A stretch of DNA of 64,000 bases, taken from an uncultured Chloroflexia bacterium (GTDB lineage Bacteria; Chloroflexota; Limnocylindria; Limnocylindrales; CSP1-4). Below the pieces are notes generated by a model. It was not told the DNA's origin. It saw only the letters and a list, made by a program, of their open reading frames with translations, and did not search any database. A program made the translations under genes and the position numbers. Positions 39,947-51,229 of the stretch are shown piece by piece. The first letter of the stretch is position 1, and each line of letters opens with the position of its first letter. The DNA is taken from assembly GCA_963750125.1 (NCBI GenBank), contig CAVVPT010000010.1, positions 16,147 through 80,146 on the forward strand, read 5' to 3'.

Positions 39947-41012
39947 CGCGCATTCCCTCCTCCCCCTCCCGAGTGCGATCGCCGAACCGGGCCGCGATGT
40001 CGCCCAACTGGTCGACCGACCCGACCCCGGTCGCCGTTTCGAGCTCTTCGCGGGCGCGCACGATGGCATCTCGAACGAGCGTGTCGTCCGGCATCGAGGT
40101 CGACGCCACACCAACGCTTCTGGCGCTCGACGCGTGCTTCCCCTTCAGCGCGTCCGTGACCCCGCGGATCGCCTCGCTGCGTTTCCGAACGTAAGCGACC
40201 TGTGCGGAGCTCTGGGGCGGCATGCCCTCCAGGAGGGAAGCCACCTCGACGACCGCCTGATGTGCGATGGCCACGGCCTCGGCGCCCGTCTCGTGGCTGG
40301 GCCCTCTGGCCGGCTCGGTGCTAAGCAACGCACCATAGGCGGTCACGAGCGAACGGACGACGTGATCGGTCGTATCGAGCGGAAGGCCACGCCCGACGGC
40401 TTGGCGGCGGAGACGGTTCTCGCGCCGTGCGGATCGGTGTCGGCCGAGCGCCCGCAGGGGAAGGGCGAGACCAAGGAGGACCGCGATGACGCCCAGCCAG
40501 AGCCCCAGCGTCGAGCCACCCAGGAGCGACCAGGCGAACAGGACGCTGCCGCCGACGACGAGCAGGACGTCGAACGGCCCGGGACGTGCCTGTGGCGACG
40601 GCCCGAAGACCTCGTCGATGAGAGCATCCAGTTCGTCCGGCGGACGGTCACCGGCGAACATCGGGACGAGCGGACCGGGATCGCGCGGGACGATGACGAT
40701 CCGGGACGGGTCGCCCCGGCCCCCATCACGATCCAGATCGGACGCTGCCCCGTTCGAGGCCTCGCGTGCCGTGGATGGCCCCGGCTCGTCACGGACGCGG
40801 GTCATGTTGACACCGGCCGTTGCCCTGATCGTCGTGGTCGCACGCCGGTCGTTCTCGATCCGGATCCCATGGTGGTCGGCATCCATGAACGGATGACGCG
40901 CACCCAGGCAGCGTGTTTCACGCTTGCGACGCGCGTCCTCCCTGCGGAGGAGTACGGCCCAGAGCTGACGACGAACGCGATCGTCCGATGGAGCGTCGTC
41001 GCCGACGCGCAA
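39933..41012 (-). CDS. Membrane protein with two adjacent TM helices and a ~170-aa cytoplasmic C-terminal domain (hypothetical); start uncertain
   Basis: FDVLLVVGGSVLFAWSLLGGSTLGLWLGVIAVLLGLALPL TM hairpin with good GC3 phasing. 14-nt overlap with the downstream repeat-protein gene. Possible starts are at 41012, ~40886 or ~40805. Confidence 0.45.
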   Translation of the reverse strand: MRVGDDAPSDDRVRRQLWAVLLRREDARRKRETRCLGARHPFMDADHHGIRIENDRRATTTIRATAGVNMTRVRDEPGPSTAREASNGAASDLDRDGGRGDPSRIVIVPRDPGPLVPMFAGDRPPDELDALIDEVFGPSPQARPGPFDVLLVVGGSVLFAWSLLGGSTLGLWLGVIAVLLGLALPLRALGRHRSARRENRLRRQAVGRGLPLDTTDHVVRSLVTAYGALLSTEPARGPSHETGAEAVAIAHQAVVEVASLLEGMPPQSSAQVAYVRKRSEAIRGVTDALKGKHASSARSVGVASTSMPDDTLVRDAIVRAREELETATGVGSVDQLGDIAARFGDRTREGEEGMRDGDR

Positions 41013-41023
41013 GTCGGGCGAGA

Positions 41024-42310
41024 TCAGCCCTCGACCGTCGCCTCGGCGCCAGCACCACCTGCGTCACGAACGGTGGCCTCGGGCCCCGGGTAGCGCTGCG
41101 ACACGTACTCCTCGAGGAGCACGATGAACTCGTCGACCAGCCCCTCGCCGCGGAGCGTCCGATCCAGCCTCCCATCGACGAACACCGGAGCGACCGGCGC
41201 CTCGAAGGTACCCGGCAGGCTGATCCCGATGTCGGCGTGCTTCGACTCTCCTGGGCCGTTCACGACGCAGCCCATTACCGCGACCCGGAGATCCTCGACG
41301 CCCGCGTAGGTCTCGCGCCATTCCGGCATCCGGTCCTTCAGATATGTCTGGATCTGCAGCGCCATCTCCTGGAAGAACGTCGATGTCGTCCGGCCGCACC
41401 CGGGACACGCAGAGACCTGCGGCAGGAACGAACGGAGCCCGAGCGACTGGAGGACTTGCTGGGCGACCTCGACCTCGCGTTCGCGCGGCGCGCCGGGCTC
41501 GGGCGTGAGCGACACGCGGATCGTGTCGCCGATCCCCTCGTTGAGCAGGATGGCCAGCCCGGCCGTCGAGGCGATGACTCCCTTGTCGCCCATCCCGGCC
41601 TCGGTCAACCCGAGATGGAGCGGATAGTCACAGCGCGCCGCGAGCAGGCGGTACACGTCGACGAGGTCGCGCACGCCGGAGACCTTGGCGCTGATGATGA
41701 TCCGGTCGTGGCGCAGGCCGGTCCGCTCGGCCAGCTCCGCCGAGCGGAGCGCCGACTCGAGCATTGCGTCGATCATGACGTCGCGCGCGTCGCGCGGTTC
41801 GGCCGCGGTCGCGTTCGCATCCATGAGCTCGGTCAGGAGCTGCTGGTCGAGCGAGCCCCAGTTGACCCCGATCCGGACAGGCTTGTCGTTGTCGATGGCG
41901 ACCTGGACGATCGTCGCGAAGTGCTCGTCGTGGCGCTTGGCGCCGACATTGCCGGGGTTGATCCGGTACTTCGCAAGCAGCGCGGCAGTCTCCGGATATT
42001 CGACGAGGAGCTTGTGCCCGTTGTAATGGAAGTCGCCGATCACCGGTACATCGACCCCCAGGCCACGGACCTTGCGGACCATCTCCGGCACCGCGGCCGC
42101 GGCCTCCTCGGTGTTGACCGTGACGCGGACGAGCTGCGAGCCGGCATGCGCCAGGCGGGCGACCTGGATCGCGGTCGCGTCGGCGTCCACGGTGTCGGTG
42201 TTCGTCATCGACTGGACGACGATGGGATGGGCGGAGCCAACGAGGACCCCGCCGACGTCGACGCTGACCGTCGGCCGGCGGGAGGGCCTCAGCTGATCGG
42301 GCGTGGACAA
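41024..42310 (-). CDS. ispG: 4-hydroxy-3-methylbut-2-en-1-yl diphosphate synthase (flavodoxin)
   Basis: ..[27 protein letters not shown].. (4Fe-4S Cys). 428 aa from the TTG at 42310. Track ORF 41024..43591 is an out-of-frame artefact. Confidence 0.9.
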   Translation of the reverse strand: MSTPDQLRPSRRPTVSVDVGGVLVGSAHPIVVQSMTNTDTVDADATAIQVARLAHAGSQLVRVTVNTEEAAAAVPEMVRKVRGLGVDVPVIGDFHYNGHKLLVEYPETAALLAKYRINPGNVGAKRHDEHFATIVQVAIDNDKPVRIGVNWGSLDQQLLTELMDANATAAEPRDARDVMIDAMLESALRSAELAERTGLRHDRIIISAKVSGVRDLVDVYRLLAARCDYPLHLGLTEAGMGDKGVIASTAGLAILLNEGIGDTIRVSLTPEPGAPREREVEVAQQVLQSLGLRSFLPQVSACPGCGRTTSTFFQEMALQIQTYLKDRMPEWRETYAGVEDLRVAVMGCVVNGPGESKHADIGISLPGTFEAPVAPVFVDGRLDRTLRGEGLVDEFIVLLEEYVSQRYPGPEATVRDAGGAGAEATVEG

Positions 42311-42321
42311 GGGGGGTCCTG

Positions 42322-43428
42322 TTACGTGCCGCCGCCAAGCTGGCGGATGATGTCGGAGCCGGTCACCCAGATCAGGAACGCGAACAGGAAGACGAACCCA
42401 ACCATGTACGTGAGCTGCTCGGCGCGCAGGCTGATCCGCGGCCCGAACAAGGACTTGAGCGTGATCATCAGCATCCGGCCGCCGTCGAGGGGCGGGAACG
42501 GCAGGATGTTCACGACGGCCAGGTTCGCCGACAGGATGGCCGCGACGTAGAGGGTGAGGATGGGGCCGGCGCCCCAGAAGATGTCCCCGAGCTGCGTGGC
42601 GATGCCCACCGGACCGGCTACCGGTGGCAGCTGGGTCGGATTCGACGCCACCGAGCTCACGAGCGTGCCGAGCCCGCCGAGGATCAGACCGAGCGCCCCG
42701 ACAAGATGCCGCCCGCCGGTCGCCAGGGCGTTCGCCGGGTCGTTCTGCGCGTATTCGCCCGACCAGTAGATCTCGAACCCTGTGGGCGAGGCCTTGACCC
42801 CCAGCGCGCCCTGCTTGGCCTTGATCGCGGCTGCGTCGCGCAGCGTGACCTCGACGTCGCGACGGGCTCCGTCCGTGCCGACGATGGTGAGCGTGACCGT
42901 TTCGCCCGGTCGTGCTGCGAGGTCCTCCAGGATCGTCTCGCCGAGCATGAACTGGTAGCGCTTGCCATCGAGCGCGTAGATCGACTCGCCGTCCTGCAAC
43001 CCGGCGGCCTGCGCCGGCGAATCGGGCACAACGGTGCCGATCTTCACACCGGCGTAGGGCGACGCGAACCACGCGATCGCGGCGAACAGCACGAACGCCA
43101 GGATGATGTTCATCAGGACGCCGGCGACCAGGATCCACAGGCGGGTCAGGAGGTTCTGGCTTGAGAAGGAACGCGGATCGCCCTTCCCCTCGCCGTCCTC
43201 GCCCTCGAGCTTGACGAACCCGCCGATCGGCAGCCAGTTGAGGGTGTAGAGGGTCTCGCCCCTGGACCTGAGCACCTTCGCCCGCGGAGGGAAGCCGATT
43301 CCGAACTCGAGCACGCGCACGTTCGCCGCCCGCGCGGTCAGGAAGTGACCCAGCTCGTGAATGAGCACGAGCATGCCGAGCACCACGAAGAACAGGAGGA
43401 TCGTGATCAGGGACTGGACGACGGGCAT
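42322..43428 (-). CDS. rseP: RIP zinc metalloprotease RseP (site-2 protease)
   Basis: HELGHF zinc motif in TM1. PDZ domain. C-terminal LDGG motif ([14 protein letters not shown]). Confidence 0.85.
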   Translation of the reverse strand: MPVVQSLITILLFFVVLGMLVLIHELGHFLTARAANVRVLEFGIGFPPRAKVLRSRGETLYTLNWLPIGGFVKLEGEDGEGKGDPRSFSSQNLLTRLWILVAGVLMNIILAFVLFAAIAWFASPYAGVKIGTVVPDSPAQAAGLQDGESIYALDGKRYQFMLGETILEDLAARPGETVTLTIVGTDGARRDVEVTLRDAAAIKAKQGALGVKASPTGFEIYWSGEYAQNDPANALATGGRHLVGALGLILGGLGTLVSSVASNPTQLPPVAGPVGIATQLGDIFWGAGPILTLYVAAILSANLAVVNILPFPPLDGGRMLMITLKSLFGPRISLRAEQLTYMVGFVFLFAFLIWVTGSDIIRQLGGGT

Positions 43429-44645
43429 CAGTGCGTGCCTCCGATGGGTCCGGAAGCGAAGACAGCCCGGACGGCCTGGTCGAGTTCAATGAGCCCCTCG
43501 ACGTCGGGGTCGGCCCCGCCGGTTCCACCGAACCGTTCGACGGCCGTCTCGAGCAGGCGCGGGATGCCGGGAAAGTCGAGCGTCCCGTCAAGGAACCGCT
43601 TCACGGCGACCTCGTCGGCGGCGATCAGGGCCGCCGACGCTCGCGGTCCGGAGCGGCCCGCCTCGCGCGCGATGCGCAACGCGGGGAACCGCGCCTCGTC
43701 GGGCGCCTCGAAGTCGAGTCGGCCGGTGGCGATGAGGTCTGCGGCCGCCGCCGGCGAGGGCAGGCGGTCCGGATAGGTCATGGCGTACTGGATCGGTAGT
43801 CGCATATCAGGGGTGCCCAGCTGGGCCTTGAGGGAGCCGTCGACGAACCGGACGGCCGAGTGGACGACGCTCTGCGGATGGATGACCACCTCGATCGCGT
43901 CGTAGCCAACATCGTACAGCCAGTGCGCCTCGATCACCTCCAGGCCCTTGTTCGCGAGGGTGGCCGAGTCGATGGTGATCTTCGCGCCCATCGACCAGGT
44001 CGGGTGTCGAAGCGCCCGTTCCGGGGTCGCTGCGGCCATCTCCTCCGGGGCCGCCTCCCGAAACGGTCCGCCGGACGCGGTCAGGATGAGGCCGTCCACG
44101 GTTGGCATCCGCTCGCCCACGAGGCACTGCCAGATCGCCGAATGCTCGGAATCGATCGGGCGCAGCCAGGCAAGCGGGCTTCGCATGTGGGGGTCCGAGG
44201 CGCCGTCCGCGAGGCGACGAGCGACCGGCATCACGAGATGCCCGCCGGCCACGAGCGTTTCCTTGTTCGCGGTCGCGACTGTCTTGCCGGTCCCGAGCGC
44301 AGCGAGCACCGGGCGGAGGCTGACCATGCCGCCGGTAGCCACCACAACCAGATCGACGTCGTCGCGGGTGGCCAACCCGACCAGCGCGTCAGGACCGCTC
44401 GCACGGGCGGTCTGGGCCGGCAGCTCGAGTGCAGTGATCGTCATCTCGTCGGCGAGGGCGACCACGGCGGGTCGCAGCAACGCCGCCTGTTCAGCGAGAA
44501 GCGGTCCATTGCTGCCCGCTGCCAGCGCCACGACCCGGAACGCGTCCGGGTGCGCAGCGAGCACGTCGATCGCCTGACGTCCAATCGATCCGGTTGAACC
44601 GAGGAGGGCGACTCGACGCGGCTCAGTTGAGGGCGACGATGACAT
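43428..44645 (-). CDS. dxr: 1-deoxy-D-xylulose 5-phosphate reductoisomerase
   Basis: [21 protein letters not shown]-binding motif. ..[10 protein letters not shown].. and ..[11 protein letters not shown].. ATGA overlap with rseP. Confidence 0.9.
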   Translation of the reverse strand: MSSSPSTEPRRVALLGSTGSIGRQAIDVLAAHPDAFRVVALAAGSNGPLLAEQAALLRPAVVALADEMTITALELPAQTARASGPDALVGLATRDDVDLVVVATGGMVSLRPVLAALGTGKTVATANKETLVAGGHLVMPVARRLADGASDPHMRSPLAWLRPIDSEHSAIWQCLVGERMPTVDGLILTASGGPFREAAPEEMAAATPERALRHPTWSMGAKITIDSATLANKGLEVIEAHWLYDVGYDAIEVVIHPQSVVHSAVRFVDGSLKAQLGTPDMRLPIQYAMTYPDRLPSPAAAADLIATGRLDFEAPDEARFPALRIAREAGRSGPRASAALIAADEVAVKRFLDGTLDFPGIPRLLETAVERFGGTGGADPDVEGLIELDQAVRAVFASGPIGGTH

Positions 44646-45453
44646 ACAGGAAGACCACCGGGCCGGCAAAGAGGAACGAGTCGATCCGGTCGAGCATGCC
44701 GCCGTGGCCCGGGATGAGATTGCCCGAGTCCTTGGTGGCGGCGGCGCGCTTGATCATCGACTCGGCCAGGTCACCCGCCTGGGCGGCGAGGGCTGCGAGG
44801 GGTCCAAGGAGCAGGCCATGAATCGGCTGCTGGCCCAGGCCCCACAGCAGCACGGTCACGACGATCGTCGACGCGACCATCCCGCCAATGAGCCCGGCGT
44901 ACGTCTTCGACGGGGAGATGTGGGTCAGGAATTTCGCCCGGCCGAATTGCTTGCCGACGAGGAGGGCCCCGGTGTCGTACGACCAGACGGCAAGGAGCAG
45001 GAGCAGGATCCAGCCGCGCTCCCCGCCGAGGAACTCCAGCGGCGCGCCATCCGGCACGGTCGGCGCCACGTTGCCGAGGCGGATGACGAACGCCGTCAGG
45101 GAGACGTAGAACGCCCCGAACACCGTTGCGATCCAGGCGACCAGGCCGTCTCGCGGATCCGGGCGAGTGAACGCGGCTACCGCGACGAGCACGATCCCGA
45201 TTGCCGACAGCAGCAGGCCGCTGCCATCGAGGACGTCCGGGAATGCCGCGTCGAGCACGAGCGTGAGCGCCAGGACAGTGCCGAGCGCGGGGAACGAATC
45301 GTGGCCGGCAGCGCGTAGCAGCCGGAACAGCTCAATGGCCGCGATGGCGGTGATGATCGCGATCGCCAGCGCGAGCACGGCGCCGCCGAATGCGAGCACG
45401 ACGAGGAGGACGGGCACAAGGACCGCAGCGCTAATCGCCCGTTCGCGCATCAC
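44623..45453 (-). CDS. cdsA: Phosphatidate cytidylyltransferase
   Basis: Multi-TM protein. C-terminal signature ..KRAAATKDSGNLIPGHGGMLDRIDS.. Confidence 0.8.
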   Translation of the reverse strand: MMRERAISAAVLVPVLLVVLAFGGAVLALAIAIITAIAAIELFRLLRAAGHDSFPALGTVLALTLVLDAAFPDVLDGSGLLLSAIGIVLVAVAAFTRPDPRDGLVAWIATVFGAFYVSLTAFVIRLGNVAPTVPDGAPLEFLGGERGWILLLLLAVWSYDTGALLVGKQFGRAKFLTHISPSKTYAGLIGGMVASTIVVTVLLWGLGQQPIHGLLLGPLAALAAQAGDLAESMIKRAAATKDSGNLIPGHGGMLDRIDSFLFAGPVVFLYVIVALN

Positions 45454-45472
45454 ATCCCTCCGGGCGGCGCGA

Positions 45473-46279
45473 TCAGCGACCGTAACGCCGATGTCGTCGC
45501 GCGAACTCCAGGAGCGCCGCGTCGAATGCCTCGGGCCCGAAGTCGGGCCAGAGCGTCTCGCACCAGTAGAACTCGGCGTAGGCAGATTGCCAGATCAGGA
45601 AGTTCGACAGGCGTTGCTCCCCGCCGGTGCGGATCACGAGGTCCGGATCGGGCATGCCGGCCGTGTACAGCGCGTCGCTGATCGTCGTCTCGTCGACCGT
45701 CTCGGGATCGACCCCCGATGCAACCAGCTTGCGGACCGCGTCGACGAGCTCGGTGCGCCCCGCGTAGTTGAAGGCGACGTTGAGGAGCAGCCGGCCCCCG
45801 TCGGACGTCTCGCGCAGCGCATCGCCGATCGATTCACGCGTCGCCGCGGGCAGCTCGTCGAGTCGCCCGAGGAGCTGGACGCGGACGCCTTGCGCCCTGA
45901 GCTCCGGTGTCTCGCTCCGGATCGCGTCCTCGAGCAGGCCGAACAGCCCGATGACCTCGTCGTCGGAGCGAGCCCAGTTCTCGCGGCTGAACGCGTACAA
46001 CGTCAGGACCGGCACCGCGCGCCGGACCGCGTGCTTGAGCAGGGCCCGGATCGCCTCGACGCCGGCGGCATGGCCCTCGATCTCCTGCAAGCCCTGCTGG
46101 CGGGCCCACCGCCGGTTTCCGTCCATGATGATCGCCACGTGACGGGGAAGCTCGTCGCCCGGCGCGAACCCCGGGTCGGGTGGGGCGGCGTCCGGGACGA
46201 CGCGAGGCTCTGGTTCAGGCACGGTCTCATGCGCCTGAGGCGGCGCATCGGTTGGCCGGGCCAGCGGGGTGCGGGCCAC
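45473..46279 (-). CDS. uppS: Isoprenyl transferase (undecaprenyl diphosphate synthase) with a ~45-aa Pro-rich N-terminal extension
   Basis: HVAIIMDGNRRWA and ..FSRENWARS.. cis-prenyltransferase motifs. Confidence 0.85.
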   Translation of the reverse strand: MARTPLARPTDAPPQAHETVPEPEPRVVPDAAPPDPGFAPGDELPRHVAIIMDGNRRWARQQGLQEIEGHAAGVEAIRALLKHAVRRAVPVLTLYAFSRENWARSDDEVIGLFGLLEDAIRSETPELRAQGVRVQLLGRLDELPAATRESIGDALRETSDGGRLLLNVAFNYAGRTELVDAVRKLVASGVDPETVDETTISDALYTAGMPDPDLVIRTGGEQRLSNFLIWQSAYAEFYWCETLWPDFGPEAFDAALLEFARRHRRYGR

Positions 46280-46836
46280 TAGACTGCGAGGACCTCCTCC
46301 TCCTTGGCGCCACCGAGGCGATCCACGTCCGCGATGAACCGGTCGGTCAGGCGCTGCACCTGGTCGTGCTGGCGATGCGCCTCGTCGGCCCCGACGTCGC
46401 CCTCGCGCTCTTCGCGCTTGAGCGCATCGGCCGCCTCGCGTCGCAGGTTGCGGATCTCGACGCGTGCCTCTTCCATGCGTTTGTGGACGACTCGGACGAT
46501 CTCCTTGCGACGTTCCTCGGTCAGTGGCGGGATGTTCAAGCGGACGACTGTGCCGTCGACTTGTGGCATCAGTCCGATGTCGCTCTTGATGATCGCCTTC
46601 TCGATGGCACCCAGGACCCCGCGGTCCCAGGGCTGGATCACGATCTGGTGCGCCTCCGGAACGCTGATACCGGCCAGCTGGTTGAGCGGCGTTTGCGTTC
46701 CGTAGTACTCGACGTGGATGCGTTCCACGAGCGAGGTCGATGCGCGTCCGGTCCGGATTCCCTGGAAATCACGCTCCATGGCCTCGACGGCACGCGCCAT
46801 CTTGTGCTCGGCGGCGGACAGGGTCTCGGTGCTCAT
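46279..46836 (-). CDS. frr: Ribosome recycling factor
   Basis: GGAGG + ATG at 46836 ([32 protein letters not shown]..). 185 aa. Confidence 0.9.
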   Translation of the reverse strand: MSTETLSAAEHKMARAVEAMERDFQGIRTGRASTSLVERIHVEYYGTQTPLNQLAGISVPEAHQIVIQPWDRGVLGAIEKAIIKSDIGLMPQVDGTVVRLNIPPLTEERRKEIVRVVHKRMEEARVEIRNLRREAADALKREEREGDVGADEAHRQHDQVQRLTDRFIADVDRLGGAKEEEVLAV

Positions 46837-47612
46837 TCGGTCGCACCTCCTGCGGCGCTCGGGGCGCCCGAGATGAGAGTACCCACCGGCTCGCCGGCGG
46901 CAACCCGTGTGATGTTGTCGGGCTGGTTGAGGTCGAAGACCACGATCGGCAGGTCGTTCTCCATGCACAGGGAGACGGCCGTCGCGTCGAGGACCTTGAG
47001 CTGGTCGCGGAGGAGGTCTGCGTATTCGAGTCGAGCGTAACGGCGGGCCCCCTCGTTGGTGAGGGGGTCGCGGTCGTACACCCCGTCGACCTTGGTGGCC
47101 TTGAGGAGGACCTCGGCGTTGATCTCGACGGCGCGCAGGGCCGCGGCCGTGTCGGTGGTGAAATAGGGGTTCCCGGTGCCGGCGACGTAGATCGTCACGC
47201 GGCCCTTCTCGAGGTGGCGGATGGCGCGGCGGCGGATGTACGGCTCGGCGACCTCGTTCATGGCGATCGCGGTCATGACCCGCGTCGGCACGCCGGCCCG
47301 TTCGAGGGCGTCCTGCAGGGCGAGGCCGTTCATGACCGTCGCGAGCATGCCGATGTAATCGCCTGTCGCGCGGTCCATGCCCTTCGCGGCGGCGGCCAGC
47401 CCGCGGAAGATGTTCCCGCCGCCAACGACGATGCCGATCTGGACGCCGAGCTGGTGGACCTCGGCCACCTGGCGCGCGATAAACGCGCAGAAGGTGGGAT
47501 CAACGCCGTAGGCCCGATCGCCGAGCAGCGCCTCTCCGGAAAGCTTGAGCAGGATCCGGCCGTAGCGCACGTCCTGCCGCGGGGGCGCGCTGGCAGTCGC
47601 GGACTCGCTCAT
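46833..47612 (-). CDS. pyrH: UMP kinase
   Basis: [43 protein letters not shown] overlap with frr. Confidence 0.9.
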   Translation of the reverse strand: MSESATASAPPRQDVRYGRILLKLSGEALLGDRAYGVDPTFCAFIARQVAEVHQLGVQIGIVVGGGNIFRGLAAAAKGMDRATGDYIGMLATVMNGLALQDALERAGVPTRVMTAIAMNEVAEPYIRRRAIRHLEKGRVTIYVAGTGNPYFTTDTAAALRAVEINAEVLLKATKVDGVYDRDPLTNEGARRYARLEYADLLRDQLKVLDATAVSLCMENDLPIVVFDLNQPDNITRVAAGEPVGTLISGAPSAAGGATE

Positions 47613-48208
47613 TGGTCTTCCCCGAGCGAGTAGCGGGTGAACCGCCGGACCCGGATGTTCTCGCCGATCGTCGCGATGCGCTCGGTGATGAGCTCGCGGA
47701 CCGTGCGCTCCTCGTCGCGGAACGGCTGGTCGTACAGGCACACCTGGGCGAACCACTTCTTGACCTGGCCCTCGACGATCTGCCCGCGGATGTTCTCGGG
47801 CTTCTTCGCAACGGACTCGTCAGCGAGCAGCTCGGCCTTCCTGGCCGCCAGGTCCACTTCCGGGATGGCGTCGGCGTCGACGTACAGGGGCGACAGTCCC
47901 GCGACCTGCATCGCGAGGTCCCGCACGAGCTTCTGGAACTCCTCGGTCCTGGCCACGAAGTCCGTCTCGCAGTTGACCTCGATCAGGACGCCGACCTTGC
48001 CACCGGTGTGGATGTAGCTGCCGATCAGGCCCTCGCGGGCCTCGCGACCGGCCTTCTTCTCTGCGGCCGCGACACCGCGCTCGCGCAGCAATGCGACGGC
48101 CTTGTCGAGGTCGCCCCCGGTTTCCTCGAGCGCGCGCTTGCAGTCCATAAAGCCGGCGCCGGTGCGCTCGCGCAGTTCCTTGACCAGTCCGGCAGAGATC
48201 TCCGCCAT
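47609..48208 (-). CDS. tsf: Elongation factor Ts (short ~199-aa form)
   Basis: [29 protein letters not shown] (UBA-like N-terminus). 4-nt overlap with pyrH. Confidence 0.9.
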   Translation of the reverse strand: MAEISAGLVKELRERTGAGFMDCKRALEETGGDLDKAVALLRERGVAAAEKKAGREAREGLIGSYIHTGGKVGVLIEVNCETDFVARTEEFQKLVRDLAMQVAGLSPLYVDADAIPEVDLAARKAELLADESVAKKPENIRGQIVEGQVKKWFAQVCLYDQPFRDEERTVRELITERIATIGENIRVRRFTRYSLGEDQ

Positions 48209-48287
48209 GCTCGTTCGTTACTCCTGTGGTGTTCCCGGCCGGCCGCTGCCGGCGGGCGTGGGGTACGTGTCTGGGCGTTGCCCGGTG

Positions 48288-49271
48288 TCAGGCCGGGGTG
48301 GAGGGAGTGGCCGACGCGTCTTCTGCCGCCTCAGCCGCCTCGCGGGCGAGCTCGGCGGCGACGTCCTCCGGGGTTGCCTCCGCGTCGGCCTCGGCCGCGG
48401 CCGCCTCGGCACGTGCGACCCGGTCGCCGGGCAGCAGGTCATCCTCCTCATCCGCGTCGGGCTCGAAGGTGAGTGCAGCGCCACCGGCCAGGGCCGCGAC
48501 CAGCTCGTCGGCCGCACCCGGCTCTTCGTCCTCCTCGGGCAGGATGACCGCCTCGATCACCTCGGGTTCGCGCTCGGCGCGCACGGCGCGCTCATTGGCG
48601 CCCTCGATCGCGGCCTCGGCGACGAGCGAGCAGAGCAGCCGGATCGAGCGGATGGCGTCGTCGTTGGCCGGGATGATGTAGTCGAGCTCATCCGGGTCCA
48701 CATTCGTGTCGCCAGTGCCGATGACCGGGATCTCGAGCTTGTTCGCCTCGGTCACCGCGATCCGCTCTCGGTGCGGATCGATCACGAAGATCGCACCGGG
48801 GGCGCGCTTCATCTTGCGCATGCCGCCGAGCGTCATCTGCAACTTGATCATGGTCTCGGTGAGCTTGGCCGCTTCCTTCTTGGTCATGCGGTCGAAGTCG
48901 CCGGCCTGCTGGCGCGCCTCGAGCTGCTCGAGCAGCCCGATCCGCTTGCGGATCGTGACGAAATTGGTGAGCATGCCGCCGAGCCAGCGCTTGTTGACGA
49001 AGGGCATGCCGGCGCGGGCGGCCTCCGCAGCGATCGGCTCCTGGGCCTGCTTCTTCGTGCCGATGAACAGCACGAGCTCGCCGCGGGCGACGGTCTCGCG
49101 CACGAAGTCGAGCGCGACCTCCAGCCGCTGTGCGGTCTGGGCGAGGTCGATGATGTGGATCCCGTTGCGCTCCGCGAAGATGTACGGGCGCATCTTGGGG
49201 TTCCAGCGGCGTGTCTGATGGCCGAAATGCATCCCGGCCTCGAGCAACTGCCGCATCGAAACGGTCGGCAC
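48288..49271 (-). CDS. rpsB: 30S ribosomal protein S2 with an acidic C-terminal tail
   Basis: GGAGG + GTG start giving MPTVSMRQLLEAGMHFGHQTRRWNPKM. The upstream part of track ORF 48288..49775 is spurious. Confidence 0.9.
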   Translation of the reverse strand: MPTVSMRQLLEAGMHFGHQTRRWNPKMRPYIFAERNGIHIIDLAQTAQRLEVALDFVRETVARGELVLFIGTKKQAQEPIAAEAARAGMPFVNKRWLGGMLTNFVTIRKRIGLLEQLEARQQAGDFDRMTKKEAAKLTETMIKLQMTLGGMRKMKRAPGAIFVIDPHRERIAVTEANKLEIPVIGTGDTNVDPDELDYIIPANDDAIRSIRLLCSLVAEAAIEGANERAVRAEREPEVIEAVILPEEDEEPGAADELVAALAGGAALTFEPDADEEDDLLPGDRVARAEAAAAEADAEATPEDVAAELAREAAEAAEDASATPSTPA

Positions 49272-49471
49272 GGTGCGTGACCTCCTGTTCGGTTGGTTCC
49301 TCCGTGGACCTCGTCGCCGGGGGCCGGCTGCCTTGCGGTCTGCCGGCACCGTCCCGGTCGGAACGGTCCACGTGTGTGCTCCGCGCTTGTGGCGCGGGCG
49401 GTGATCTGCTCGCAGGGTCCCGCGAGCCCGGCGGAGTGTAGCACGGGTTGGTGCAGCGGCCCCGAAGGCGG

Positions 49472-49858
49472 TCAGAACGCTGCGCGGTAGTGGCGAATCC
49501 GGCCGTTCGGTTCGAGGACCACAAGGTCGAAGCGCAGCGGAGCGCGCGGCAACGGCGAGCCGTCCGGCAGGGTGCCGCGATCGAGCAGCCCGTAGGCACC
49601 GGCACGGATCCGCGCCCGCTTGCGGTGATCGACGGTCTCCTCGGGCAGGCCGAAAGCGCGCGTACGACGCCAGCGGACCTCCACGATGACGAGCATCGCC
49701 GGGGGACCCGCATCGACCGCGACCAGGTCGAGCTCGTAACGGCCCATCCGCACGTTCCTGGCCAGGACAGTCCACCCGGCGGCCTGCAGCTGTTCGGCGA
49801 CGCGATCCTCGGCCGCATCGCCGAGACGTTGCGCATCGGTCCTGTGCCGGTCGTCCAT
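49472..49858 (-). CDS. YraN family (UPF0102) endonuclease-like protein
   Basis: ..GEDRVAEQLQAAGWTVLARNVRMGRYELDLVAVD.. restriction-endonuclease-like fold motif. Confidence 0.7.
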   Translation of the reverse strand: MDDRHRTDAQRLGDAAEDRVAEQLQAAGWTVLARNVRMGRYELDLVAVDAGPPAMLVIVEVRWRRTRAFGLPEETVDHRKRARIRAGAYGLLDRGTLPDGSPLPRAPLRFDLVVLEPNGRIRHYRAAF

Positions 49859-49894
49859 CTGGCGGCAGTTTCGCCGCCGGGACTTATCGGTCGC

Positions 49895-50623
49895 TCAACC
49901 GGCGGCGGCAACCAGCTCGAATTCGGCGGCGGCCTCCGGAGAGACCTCCAGGTCGGGCTGCTGGCCTTCCCCGAACAGGTCCAGTTCGATCTGGTCGCCC
50001 GCGAGCGTCCGCTGCAGCGCCAGGAACGAGCGGCGATGGAACGGCGTCAGCCCGAATTCGCGGATCGCGGCCCTGTGGTCGCGTGTGGCGTAGCCCTGGT
50101 TGTGTTCCCACCCGTAGCCCGGGTATCGCGCCGCCAGCTTGGCCATCATCCGATCGCGGATGACCTTGGCCACAACGGATGCGCAGGCGATCGAGTAGAC
50201 CTTCGCGTCGCCGTCGACGATGTTCGTATACGGCCCGACCTGCGCCTCGAAGCCGGCGATCCGGTTGCCGTCGACGAGGACGTGCTCGTGGCCGCCGAGG
50301 CGTGCGATCGCTCGGCGCATTGCGAGATGCGTCGCGTGATAGATGTTGAGACGGTCGATCTCCGTCACGGACGCGGCCCCGACGCCGATCCCAACGGCCC
50401 GTTTGCGGATGATCGGTGCGAGGCGTTCGCGCTGGGCCATCGACAGCGTCTTTGAGTCGCGGACGCCTGGGATCCGGTGGCAGCCGGGCCTCATGATGAC
50501 GGCCGCCGCGACGACGGCCCCGCAGGTCGGCGCGACCCCGACCTCGTCGACCCCCGCGATGCGCACGAGGCCCTCGTTCCACAGGCGGCGCTCATAGCGG
50601 AGTGTCGGGACCTTCAGGGTCAT
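49895..50623 (-). CDS. rnhB: Ribonuclease HII
   Basis: GVDEVGVAPTCGAVVAAAV (DEDD catalytic site motif). Confidence 0.9.
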   Translation of the reverse strand: MTLKVPTLRYERRLWNEGLVRIAGVDEVGVAPTCGAVVAAAVIMRPGCHRIPGVRDSKTLSMAQRERLAPIIRKRAVGIGVGAASVTEIDRLNIYHATHLAMRRAIARLGGHEHVLVDGNRIAGFEAQVGPYTNIVDGDAKVYSIACASVVAKVIRDRMMAKLAARYPGYGWEHNQGYATRDHRAAIREFGLTPFHRRSFLALQRTLAGDQIELDLFGEGQQPDLEVSPEAAAEFELVAAAG

Positions 50624-50781
50624 CGGCGTCTAGCCTAGCGCGCGACCCGGCCGGCCGTCGGCCGGGCTCGCCGCGGTTCGGCATCCGGAGAGCTCGCCGC
50701 GGCCAAGGGCGCAGATACGAACCGGGGTGGTGCTAACGCCAACGCGGGCCCGGATTTCGGCATCGCAGGCTGTGGACCGCG

Positions 50782-51132
50782 TCAGTTGTTCGAGCGGCGC
50801 TCGCGGAGGGTTGCCGCCTTGCCGACGCGCTTGCGCAGGAAGTACAGCTGGGCGCGCCGCGCGACGCCGTGCCGGACCACCTCGATCTTGTCGATGCGCG
50901 GGCTATTGATCTTGAACGTGCGCTCAACGCCGACCCCCGAGGCGATCCGGCGGACCGTGATCGTGCGGGTGATGCCGCCGCCGCGGAGGCGCATCACGGT
51001 GCCCTCGAAGACCTGGATGCGCTCGCGGTTGCCTTCAACGACCCGTGCCGAAACCTTGACCGTGTCGCCCGTGGCGATCTCCGGAAGGTCGGTTCGAAGC
51101 TGGTCCTTGACGATCTCGTCGAGCACGTTCAC
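50782..51132 (-). CDS. rplS: 50S ribosomal protein L19
   Basis: ..[32 protein letters not shown].. Confidence 0.9.
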   Translation of the reverse strand: MNVLDEIVKDQLRTDLPEIATGDTVKVSARVVEGNRERIQVFEGTVMRLRGGGITRTITVRRIASGVGVERTFKINSPRIDKIEVVRHGVARRAQLYFLRKRVGKAATLRERRSNN

Positions 51133-51229
51133 GTTGCGGTTCCTGACTGGCGTGGGCAGCCGAGACTGCGGGATTAGCGTCGGAAAGGGGCCGCGAGGTG
51201 GCGACCGGTGGCGGAGTATAGCACGCGTC

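Noticed and set aside
41024-43591. 855-aa ORF spanning ispG, rseP and part of dxr
   Set aside because: Only the last 428 codons (ispG) are protein-like. The upstream 430 codons are Arg/Pro/Gly-rich nonsense from reading rseP and dxr out of frame.
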